Assembly: GCA_000708835.1 (NCBI GenBank) | Contig: DF237034.1 | Span: 1-64,000, forward strand | Direction of reading: 5' to 3' | Origin: Klebsormidium nitens | Taxonomy: Eukaryota > Plantae > Klebsormidiophyceae | DNA: 64,000 bases | In this document: one piece after another, positions 12,428 through 23,832 of the stretch | How positions within the stretch are numbered: the stretch's first letter is position 1 | Layout: each line of letters opens with the position of its first letter | The notes under the pieces: model-generated | Told to the model about the DNA's origin: nothing | The model's database searches: none | What the model saw: only the letters and a program-made list of their open reading frames with translations | Made by a program: the position numbers and the translations under genes

Positions 12428-15400
12428 CATCCCGCCGCAGTGTGCAGCGGGGCAGCCCCGCGGGCATGTGAGCCCGCGAGCCTCCACGTAGGGCGACATA
12501 GCGAGAGATGCGGCTCGGCTGAGCTGCAGTCGAGCGGCATTAGAAGCCGCAGATGTAGAATGTAGATAGACTGCCTGCATTTTACAGCGAGTGATCGGAC
12601 TGATCAAATAGCCATACGCCACTTAAAGAGGTTGCGGAAGGTCGTTCTCGTTGAGGATGTTGCACGCCAATTGTTCGGCACTGACGTTCTGGGTGCCTGC
12701 AATATCAAACTATCGAAGGGAAAGTAACCAGCAAACTTGGAGAAGTCGCTGTAGAAAGAGGAATATATCGTCCGTTTGAAAACGCTGTAAAGGCTCGCAC
12801 TTGCGATTCCAAGTGCATTGCTTTTTAAATACTTTCAAGACGGCGCCAAAGCTACGGAAGGGAGTCACGGAAGTTGAAGCCAATTGTAACAACCTGCTCC
12901 GCCATTTTCCGAGCGCGCTCCAAGTGGGCTCCTTGAATCTGGGGTTCTTTCGCGGTGGCCAGCCTTCCTGCGTCGCCTCCAATTCTGGGTGTCATGTGCA
13001 CATTGACAGCGCTCAGTTGTATGACCGTGACGAAGCTTGATCTAGCAGGGGCCAGTTTTTCGGACTTGTAGGCTCAAATCTTTTGCAATGCGGGTGGTTC
13101 TAACACCCTCTTACGACAAATCTTTTGCCATTTTGCATATTCTTTCAGACCCGATTGTGCGTTGCACTCTGACTTCAGCCCACTGTAGCGATTCTGCACT
13201 GATGGACGTCACTTCCAGGACATACAATGGAGTTGTAAGCGACGTGAAGGGCAGCCACGAGTTTAGGTTCCATCTTGGGGCTGCCCAGTGAAACTGCATG
13301 TTCTGAAGTTTCAATCGCGAGGTTGACTCTGGATCCAGAGTGCGCGCAGAGACTTTGAACGGATGCGCTATCTTATAGACTCAGCTCTGGAAAAAAGATC
13401 CAAAATGGTTTTGGTGAAACTCCAAAACAGCAAAAATAATGTACCCTTAAAAAACAGACTGCGCCTAGAAAGATGACAAAGCCTTCGAACGTCTTTCTCA
13501 ACCACAATTATTCCGGATGTATCGGGCTCTTCAAGAGGCTCTCGAAGAAGTCCTGGCCGGTTATCAATATCGGTTTGATTAACTGACCGACAATGTCAGT
13601 CTGTACGAACGTATAGAGTCAAGAAGTGCGTGCCTGACTCCGGCCCTAGTACGGAGCGCTAAAAGGACCGTGTTCGTAGCTTTCATGCATGTGGTGGCCA
13701 ATTACCTTAGAGGCAACGGGCCCTGCGCGGGTTTCGATTGGTGCCCGAGACTCATCGCCATCCCCAGTGAAGCGAATGGAGACGCTTCTTCACTGATATA
13801 CTCGTCGACTTTTGCTTGGTGTGGGGCGGTCGCCCGTCTCCATTTCACATTCCTTTTCTTCAGGCCGGCTGCCCGCCCCTTGCTGGACCCAGATTCTGCA
13901 GCATCAGCTATTCCAGTAGTTGTAGCCGACGTTTCTTATGCGCTGCCCAGCCGCGTACGGCCGTGCAACAGAAGGTTGAGCTCGAGATTCGCGCTTCGAA
14001 AATGGGTTGCCGAGTGGACGTTCCCGCCTCGCGCATGCGACCGTGCGGCGAGTCGATAGCGAATCTTCTTCGCCAAACAAGTTTCCTACGAAAGTAGTCT
14101 CTTGCTTTGACGATCGGTGACGAAGCCACGAACAGCCTCCTGACAAAGAGCAGTGGGTCCTCCTTCTTTGAGGTCTTGCTCGACGCTCTGCGCCGGCCCT
14201 TCCAAAGTCTAAAATACTTCGACTGAGATCGAGTCTCCACCTTATCTTATCCACGCTTGCTTGGATGCGACGCGTGCATTTGCCGTGGTCTGAGGTGGCC
14301 GTTCACGTGAAGATTGGGACGAAGGGGCACCTGCATGCGCATGTCCACTTCCATGTGCATGCGAAGCTGCCCAAATGAAAGTTACTCCGCTTGTGGGCAG
14401 TAAGCTTCAGCTGAGCGCGGTCGCTGGTTGAACGAGCTCTCAGGATCGCGCGCGGAGCTGGAGTGCGCCCGCTGCAAAGAATCGTTGTCGATGCGGTGAG
14501 CACTTAAGGAGGGACTCGAACCAGGGTGTCTCCCTGGGGGCAGGCAGGCAGAGGTGTTAGCCGCAGCAATGTTTCCCTTAGCACAAGCGGAGGAGGCTCT
14601 GGTCTGATGGTGCTGCTCATGGTGACCTGTGGGCTCCATGACACGATGCCCAACATCAAAAAACTTGGCTACTTTTGGGGCCCACCGGCGGGATTGCTTT
14701 CCCTCTACTGCAGCCAGGATTTGGGTTCGCGCCTACTTGAGAACGTCGATGCCCGCGAGGAGCAGGCCACGGGCGTTTAGGTGAGCAAGCTGCACGGCCT
14801 AGGCTTGTGGCATTTCGGTCAGTTGAAGACGGAGATGGTGAGCACAACGAGGGGTGAAATATGTAGAAGGCACGCCTTGCTACGTGGGATCCACCCCTTT
14901 GTGCTGATAATCTCTCACAATATGCATCTCTCGGCAGTTGCGAATAATTGCTCAGAGCCGTCTAGCCTCCCCGCCTCTGTAGCAGAGCTTACCAAAAATG
15001 ACTTTACATCTTTGAACTTGTTGCTGCTGGTTAGAGATAGGTAATAGTCATTGGGAAAGCAGGAACTATTTCGAAACACTGGGAAAATTTTACGGATGCC
15101 CTAAAAATAAACCCCTTTGACAGGTCCAACTCACCAGGCTGGGTGTAATTAGGTGCTTCTTCTGTTACCACCCCGCAGAGAGGATTCCTTGACATCCTCT
15201 TATTGCTTTTGGCTTTGCCTCTCAATGAGGCTCCTGCAAGAGCGGGGCATTTGCGTAGTTTTGAGGGCTTCCTTCCTCTGTCCTTCGACCAACTGCCCGA
15301 AATGCTGCAGGGCCAGAGTTTTCAAACGAGATCCATTTCATCTGGCCTCCAGTTTCAGCCAACAATCTCCACTTTGAGTTTTCCTAACCTTTGAACCCCC

Positions 15401-15830
15401 GGGTAAAATTGTTTTCAGAAACATTAGAGTGGGCAACATCGCGGGTTCTAACAGAGCAGTTGACCGTTTCAGGCTGGTGATTGCGACAACCTGTGCAATG
15501 AACACTGCTATTGGAACGCCCGTGCTTAAAGAAACTGACTAAGAAGGGTGCCAGTGGGTCCGTCAGTGAAGAGCTTCCCTCTCTGTGGTCAATTGATTGA
15601 TGTCAGATCGTGCCACGTGAGAAGGGCCAGTGCTCAGAACTGTCAGCCTGTTTCTTTCATCTGCTTTCGCTGTTTTCCTAGTCACAGTCAGTTCTTCGCC
15701 CCTGCCACATAGGCCGACCCGTTGCTGCGATGCCCTGTAGGACCTGTTTCTAATGCCTTTTCCCCTCCCCTGTTTTTCAGAATAAGCTCCTGCAGCAGCC
15801 GCTGACAAAGGGGCTCACCTTCTCGCGGCT

Positions 15831-18800
15831 ATGGCCGACTCCACCGGGCTGCCTGACGTCCTCCAAAGCGCGGCCTGCTTGGCACCCCCCGACGCGCCTC
15901 TCGAGGGCCCTGCGGAGTGGAGCGTCAGCGAGGCATCATCGCACGAGGAGCACATACCGCAGACAGCCTTCCAGCCGGCCGGTGTCTCTTTCGAAGTGAG
16001 GCCCAACGAGGAACTGCCCCAGCAGTGGAGCCCGCCTTTCCAGCCGCTGCTGGCGGTGGGCCTGCCGCCCGCAGCGCAAGTCCTTGTGCCCGACTCGGGG
16101 GGCGTGGTGTGGCCGCCAGCGGGCTACTCGGCACCCCCAACGGAGGTGCGGCCCGCGGTGCTGGCGCACGACGAGGCGCGGGCGGCGGAGCTGCAGAAGG
16201 GGGCGGAGATCCTGGCCTTCTCGCAGCGGCTGGGCCTGCTGGACCTGCCCCTGCCGGAGGTGCCCGTGCCGGAGGGGCCCATCTTTGTGCCCACGGGGCC
16301 GCTGTTTGCGCACGGAGACTCAGACGAGAGCGGCGGGCGGGGGCTGCCAGACATGGAGCAGAGCCAGAGCCAGGGGAGCACTCCGCTGGAGGACAGGGCA
16401 CCCGGGCAGCATGCCGCGGAAACGGAAAGCGTCGACCTAGAACGGGCCACGCAGGAGGAGGCGTGCCCGATTGCCAAGCCTATCTCCATGGAGCCGCCTG
16501 AGGCCCAGTTCCAGAAGCCGGTCTACGTGGCAGCCACCGCGCGGCCGTCTGACGCCGGCGTGCGTGGCGCGGGGGCCTCGGCGGAGGCGGTGCTGGCGAG
16601 CCCGCCGAACGAGGTGGTGCCGGAGCTGGACGTGGCGCGGCTGCTGGGGCGGGGCGAGCTGGCGGACGACGAGCGCGTGCCCATCTGGAACCGCGCCGCG
16701 CAGCGCAAACTCACCGGCCGCTGCGGGCCCATGCGCAAGAACCTCAAGGCCTACCTGGACAAGGTGAGCGCGCGCGCCCACTAGGGGACGCAGCAGGTTT
16801 TTGCATCTGCAAGCAGCGCGTCTGCATGACCGAGCTGTGCAATCTGCATTTGTGTCCACCTCTGCTTCGTAAGCCGAGGGCGAAACGGCATCTTGAGAGA
16901 CAAAGCTGATCAGTGTTAAAACCTACTGCACCTGACTGGTTTCGTGTACCGGTGGGCTTCTTGCTTCGCACTGCTATCTTCTTCGCGAGTTGTGCTCACT
17001 TGTGTCGTGTTTCTTCCTCAGCACCCCGAGTGCGAGATCTACGACCACCAGCAGTCCGGCCAGTCCACCCCGGCACAGGCCCCCGCCGCCAAGCGACGCT
17101 CCGTGCAAACCGCACACCGGTCAGGCAGCCACAAGCGCGGGTCGGCCCAGGCTGAAGTGGAAGCCCCGAGCTCCTTTGTGCCGGGCAAGCGACGGGCTAC
17201 GCTGAGGGAGGGCTACTACCGGGCACTGCAGGATGGCAAGGTGGCGGGGGCCTCGGACTGGGGGGAGCAACCACGCGGTGAAGAGGGGAGGGGCTTTCCG
17301 TCAGGTACATAATGACGGCAGGCCATTAGTACACCTTCTTTACAGGGCTCCCGGTGCCAGAATTAGTTACCGTCTGCTTTGTGATCAAATTGCACGAGCG
17401 CTGTACAGGATGGAAGCAGTTCGAGATTCGAGGTTTAAGCTCGTCGAGACACTCCTCACAGGACCTTCACTGTTGAGATTCTGCAGACGTAGGTGGCGGA
17501 ACAAGACGACTGTGCATCTCTTCGCAGCGTGCTCGGAGTTGACTGTTGCACGATTGCAGGGCCCTCTTCTGACCGCGATGGCGGTGCACGTGGGCCGTCC
17601 GGCGGTGTCCCTGCCAGCCTGAGGCCCGAGCCGCGCGCGCTGTCTCCGCTCAGTGAGGTACCTGCGCGTTGGGACCTGGCCTGGGCCGCGTACGGCATGC
17701 CGCGCTCCTCGAACGGCTTCGTCAGCGAGCGCACGGAGAGAAACAGCGCACGTGATGGGGCGCAGCCGGAGCTGGAGGCAAGCCCATCGGGGGGACCGAA
17801 GAGCCGGGAGAGGAGCCCCCCCGGAGGAGGGGGCAAGAGGAAAAAGATGCCGCTGGAACAGACGGTGAGCCGGGCAGCCAGAGGGGCGAGAGCGCGGGGA
17901 GAGGTTGAAAGTCTAAAAATTTGACTTCGCGGATTAACGGCAGGGCATCTCACAAGCTGCAAACAACGAGCTTAATCTGCTTGGGTTCGTTCTGAGTATG
18001 TTTGTCCTGTACCTTCACAGGCAACGTCTAATGCTGCTATAAACACCAGGTAGAACGCAAGCCTTCCGGTGCCCCCGCTCGCCTGCCCGGATTCCCCGCT
18101 GTTGCTCTGAGCCTTCCTCCTGGCGTGCCTGGTTGCAGGCCGCTCTGCAGGCCCTGGCCGACTCGGTGGGGTGGAACAGCCTCAACATCGAGGCGCGCGC
18201 CGCCACCGCGCGGCTGTGCGCCGAGTTCGGCATGACCTTGGGCCAGGTCAAAAAGTGGTTCTCCAACCACCGCCCCAGGGTGAGCCTGCCGCCAGCAAAG
18301 ACCGCCTTCCAGTCGTATCTCTTTCTGGTCAGGAAACGCTTTGCTGGTCACTTGGTTTGAAAAAACGACCCTGTTGTCATTTCTTCTTTCTCGTGCAAGA
18401 GACACCTCAAAGAGGTGACAGAGCAGCACTGCAGCACATGCTCAACTCCAGCCAGCTACTTCAGTCACTGTTCGCTTAGTCACCCAACTCTCACCTTACT
18501 CATTTCTCGCAGGATTTTGCCTCTTTCAGCAGTCCTCGCACCCCCTTGGACGTGTACTCGTCCCGCCAGGAGGTCTTCCTCCGGCCGCCTCCTCGCTGGC
18601 CCAGCCCCACCCGGAGCGGCACTCCGCCCCCAGCCTCATCGCGGGGCGTCTCGCGCAGCCCCTCCCCCGTTCTGCATGCCCTGCTGCCCTCTGCCGCCTG
18701 CCAGGCACCCCGCTCAGGCTCGCTGCAGGAACCTCCGGCCAGCCTTCCGTCCCCGCCGCCCGCGCCGCTGAGGGCCCGCTCCCTCGGCCTGGGCTTCTCG

Positions 18801-21800
18801 CTGTCGGGCAGCCTGGGCCGCTCCCCGCAGGCGCTCGCGGAGGCCCCCAGCAGCGGCTCCCTCCAGGGCGCGCCCTTCTTCGCCTCGCCGGAGCTGCCCC
18901 CCAGCCCGGGCCTGCGTGGCAGCCTGCACGGCCCGCTGCCGCTCGACTTTCTCTCGCGCGAGTCCCCGCACGACCTGCTGGGCGCGCACCTCTCGCTGGG
19001 GCCGCCAGCCGACGAAGCGCTCCTCGCGGCCGCGCCCCTGCACGCGCACCTCAGCCTGGCCGCCAGCCAGGCCCCGACCTCCAGCCAGCCGCCCGCCGTC
19101 GCCCCGCCCTTCCACGGAGCTGGTCCCGAAGCGTCCGCGCCCTTCTTCGGAACACCCGCCGATGCCGCTGAGCTGGAGGAGGGAGAGCACACAGTGGTCG
19201 CAGAGGGACTCCACGAGGAGGAGACTGATGAGGGGGAGTGGGGGCACCAGGAAGAGGTTGAGACACGCACTAAAGAAGGCTGGTCCGCAGAGGTGGCAGG
19301 TAGGGCAGACGAGAGTGACGACCAGGACAGAGCGGGCAGGGCCCTCGGCGGTGCGGAGCGTGGGACAGCAGGCGCGCACAAGCGAGGCGGGAGCTTCGGC
19401 GGGTTCGATTTAGAGAGCAACGACGCGTCGGAGCTGGATGCGCTGATGGAGTGCGAGGAGGAGGCGGGGCAACGCAGGCTCACGCCCGAGGTTGACCACG
19501 GCAGACACGGCAGGCCAGCCCTGCGCGACACGGAAAAGGCCGGGGCGATAGCCAGAAGCTTCCAGCAGGCATTCACGGATCGGACGGTCCGGATGGCTTC
19601 CCTGGAAGCGAGCAGAAATGTGTCTCGCGGCTACCGATCCATGCGGCAGGAGACAGCAAGCGACACGTGGCAGGCGCCGGGGCGTCGTGACGAGGAACAA
19701 GCAAGAATCAGTCTGACGTCGTATCGGCTGAAGCTGCGGCGCGAGGTGCGGGAGAGGGTGCCGGTCGGGCGCAGTCCCAGCCCGTACAGCCTCGGAAGCA
19801 CGCTGCAGCGGTCGCGGCAGGCAGCGCTGGAGCAGCAGCGAGGGGGCGCGGCGCGCGCGGGGAGAACGGAGGAGCGGCACGGCGACGCGCGGCCCGCCCG
19901 GCAGGACAGCCCAGGCAAGCCGGAGCGCTGATGACGAGGCATTGCTCATGTTTGGACTTAGTCACATGCTGCTTCAATGCCTTTCACTTGACACACCAAT
20001 GAGGCTTTCACTGCTGCTTTACATTTGACAGCACTTTTGAAAATAGTTGCGTTCAAATCTGCATTATGACGAGAAGCTTGCAGTCTCATCAACCGTCAGA
20101 GATCGCAGGGTGGCCGACCCTGTGTCGTGCAGGCGGCCCCCCCGGCGCGGACCTGCCGGCCATGCTGCGCAGCACGGGGTTCCGCGGGTCGGGCCCGCGC
20201 AGCCGCGTGCAGGCGGTGCTCTTCGAGAAGGCGCTCACACTGAGCGACACCAGCCACCTTGGCAGGATCGTCCTCCCCAAGGTCCGCCGCCCCGCGCTTC
20301 CCAGCAATCCAGCGCCGCTTCTGGATCGCTTCTGTCCGAACGGCCCCTCCGTCGACATGCTCTTCATAAAAACAACGAAATCTGTGTAAAGTCGGACAAC
20401 AGACTCATCTACTCCGTAGGTGGATACGAGCAAAGCAGTTGTGTTTTGCGCAGGGCTGTGCGGAGAAGTACCTCCCCCCCATGGACGAGAAGGAGGGCCG
20501 CCCCATCGTGATCGAAGACAACTACGGCGCGCGCTGGTGCTTCCGCTATCGGTAGGGCCCCCGCAACGCCGCTGTTGCAACGGAAACTTCGAGTGGCGGC
20601 GTCTCCTACCATCAGGGCTCTGCCTTTAAGGACGAGTTTTAGAGTTCTGTTTGAGCAAGCGAAGCTGGTGCTACTGCATTTTTGCCTGCTTTTTCGCGGG
20701 ATTGGGTGGAAGGTGAATCAGTCGAATGTGCCCTTAGGGCTGCTTGCGCCGTTTGGGATTTGACGCAGGTACGTTGTGGCGGCTGCAGGTTCTGGCCGAA
20801 CAACAAGAGCAAGATGTACGTGCTGGAGCACTCGGGGGACTTTCTGCGCGCGCACAGGCTGCGGGTGGGCGACGTGGTGCAGTTTTGCCGGTCCGAGCTG
20901 GGGCACCTGGTGAGTAGATGGGGGTGGGGGTCGGGCCGCTGTGCAGGCCGCGACTGCGCTCTGCGAAAGCAAAGGGCGTCTTGAAAATGACGTTTGTCAA
21001 ATATTTACACCCTGCATCCACGATGTTGCGCAAAGAAGAAGGCCGTTGGATCGACCTACACAGGCAGAGATCGAATGGTCGTCCTCAATTTTCAAAGGAC
21101 ACGTTTTTGTGTAACACTTTGTGTTTTCAAAAGCACGAGATGCTGATTCAGATGCGGCAGACAGTGACGGCGAGCAATTCTCATGCAGATCGTGCAGGGC
21201 AAGAAGGAGGCGGCGCGCCAGGCTGCGGGCCTGGCTCCCGGCGGCGCCTCGCCGCGGGCTGCCCCTCTGCGGGCCCCCCGCGAGCTGCGGCCCCCCACCT
21301 GCAAGCGCTCCCCAGCTACAAGCCGCCCGCGCAGGCGCGGCGCGCGGGGCCCGCTAATCCCCCACCCCGGCGTGGCCAGCTTTGACGAGGTGCGCGCCAG
21401 GGCACGCGAGGTCAGCATGACATCAGAGGAGCTGCTGAGGAGCTCCCGGGAGATCCGGGCAGAGATGCGGGCCTCTCTTGCGCGGAAGGAGGGCGGGGGC
21501 GTCTGCTCAGCGGCGCCGTATGGATCCGACGAGGCGGACGAGCAGCAGTTCGAGGCGGACCCGCAGAAGGAGCAGCGGCAGGGCAACCACGAGGAAGAGG
21601 AGGAAGAGCAGCTGCAGGGGCCGGTGGGCGCGCCGGGGCTGTACGATCTCCGGGCCGGCTTCTCTCCGCCCCGGCCTCCGTCGGTGCCCCCCCTTACCGG
21701 TGAGGGGCCGTTCCGGCTTGCGTCGCTGTACCCCGCTCACCTGTATTCGGAGCTGGCCCGCAGCAGCTCCCCGGGCGCCGTGTACCAGCCCATCCCGCGG

Positions 21801-22559
21801 CCGACCCCGCACTACTTGGCGCCGCCTTGGAGCGGCGCACTGCAAGCCTCGTTGTTCCCCTGGGCGGGGTCGTTCGCAGGCACTCCGGGCTTTGGCCTCG
21901 AGACTGGGCCACCGGCGTTCGGGGGGGTCGGTCTGCCGCTGGGGGGATTCAATCTAGAAGCGGCCCCGCCCGACGTCACTTATGCTGGCTCTCATGAGCG
22001 TGACGAAAGAGAGACCCCCACGATGGGAGAGATTCACGAAGGGCGCTGGCAGCGTCCGGTAGATGCAGAGCGGGGGGAGGCCTCAGACGACTCGAGCAGA
22101 GAGCGGGCCGCAGGCAACTCGGAAGAAGGAGCACAGGCCGGTCAGGAGGCGGGCCGGGGCGACGCCGCTGCAACGATTGGAAGAGAACTGGACGAAGACA
22201 GGCACGGCGAGGTGAAGGATTCGGACGCGGACGGCAGTGCTGGCAGGGGTGCTGCGGCAAGTGGGGGCTTGCAAGCGATGCCTCGGGGGGCGGGGATGGA
22301 TGCCGTGGAGCACAGCCTGGCACTACTGAGCGGGAGGGGGGGCCGCGACATGGCCGAGGCGGGGGACGCGCAAGGTGGAGGGCGGGGTGCCAGAGGTGAG
22401 CGGCAAAAGAAGCCCGGCGGAGCTCCGCAACAAGGTTGGACTTCTGAGACCCACACTGAGAAGGGCTTAGACTGCGTGGATCAACAACCGTTCTTGAGTG
22501 GGACACCAGCTCCCTGTCCTAAGGCTCCCCTTTTTGCCGTCCTGACAGGCAAAGGGTGA
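15831..22559 (+). CDS. Multi-domain transcription factor: BRK domain + atypical homeodomain + LAV-family (ABI3/FUS3/LEC2/VAL-type) B3 domain (9 exons)
   Basis: Phase-consistent exons 15831-16763, 17022-17304, 17560-17864, 18139-18279, 18513-19914 (GC donor), 20133-20281, 20454-20551, 20789-20909, 21189-22559. BRK-like [39 protein letters not shown]; homeodomain KRKKMPLEQTAALQALADSVGW...LCAEFGMTLGQVKKWFSNHRPR; B3 LFEKALTLSDTSHLGRIVLPK...WCFRYRFWPNNKSKMYVLE...LRVGDVVQF. Confidence 0.85.
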
Positions 22560-23832
22560 AACGGATCACTTGGTCAGTAGCCGATAAATATCGTTATGTG
22601 CACTCCCACTTCACGTCAAATATCTTCTCCTGACTCCGCTTGACACCTTCCTTGTAAAGAGAAAATCTTAAGAGCAGCTCGACCGCGCTACTGAATGGCC
22701 ACGCGCTGCTGTGCCGCTCACAGACTCGGACTCGAATGAACAATTCTTTTGCATGATTTGTAGCTGATGGCTCCCCAAGCACCAGCGCAAACACGGAGTC
22801 AGCTGGCTGATGCAGCGCTTCTCAAAGCCGGTTATGGCATCATGCAAAGGTCAACGTTGGGCACCTGTGCGACACTAGGAAGGGAAAGGTTTGTTCCGAG
22901 GTATAGGGGGCAACTTTGTGCTGACAAAAGGTGTGTGCAGTGTTCTTCAAGAGAGATCCGATGGGGTATGTGCGGCCGTAGGTCATGAGTCAGGTGGCAG
23001 TGTGGAGGACCAGGGGTCTAGTGAGCCGTAAGAGAATTACGGGTGTCGAGCAATGAAACGCTGACAAATGTGCAATCAGAGGCCCAATGACATGAGTGGA
23101 ACTTGAAACACGTGAATTGATTGAATCAACATCGATCGAGTGGCCTCGGGCAACGTAAGCACATTGAATCTAAATGCATAACGACCTAACAATCTTATCG
23201 TTAGCCATTTTTCGCATGTCGATCAGCCAATTCGTCATACTTTCAAAGCTCGAGTGAGACTAAAGCTAGTCATGCAATGAAGGAAGCTAGTAGGATGTCC
23301 GAAGGGGTAAAAACATGGTACCCCCTTCAGTATCAGGTCACCTTCTGCCCTCTCTCTGGCTAGCACGGCGTGCATGCATTAATATGCATGTGAGACATCG
23401 ATGTCGATCTCACAAATACCATTATTACCATGAGATTCATTATTCCATGTAATGGATTATAAGGAGGGTAGCTAGGACGGATGATCTCGATATCTAAAAA
23501 CTGAGAAGGTCGACACGCCACGGGATCGCTTAGCTTGGATTCAGAGTTGAAACCTTATATTCGACCCCAATTCGATCAGCGTTTTCCTCAAATTCGACAT
23601 ATCGATGCAGTTGTGCTCAGTCAGCAACGTTCTTTGTAGCTTTCATTTGTTTCTCGAGATACTTAGTCGCATTCTTCAACTTATTATTGACCAAGTTCGT
23701 TTGTCAGTGAGACAGTATTCCCCTTCTCGACAAGCGCTCTTGATGAAAAAGGCAAGCAGTCTCATCTTTGCACTAAGCGTGATCTGAGAGTCTACTTTCT
23801 CCTCATGTTACGGATCGCCGCTGGTAGCAGTA

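Noticed and set aside
12430-15830. 3.4 kb intergenic region with several 60-130 aa ORFs (e.g. 13670-14059, 13908-14240, 14526-14780), possibly a decayed gene or transposon
   Set aside because: No recognisable motif, no consistent GC-rich exon chain and no terminal repeats found by eye.
567-22559. Many long overlapping and antisense ORFs over GC-rich exons (e.g. 1603-3075 -, 18500-19576 -, 47946-48953 -)
   Set aside because: These are shadow frames expected from high GC and stop-codon scarcity; the translations are low-complexity with no domains.
23290-23330. Small hairpin gaaggggta...tacccccttc as a possible Helitron end
   Set aside because: No adjacent CTRR terminus or matching 5' end identified.
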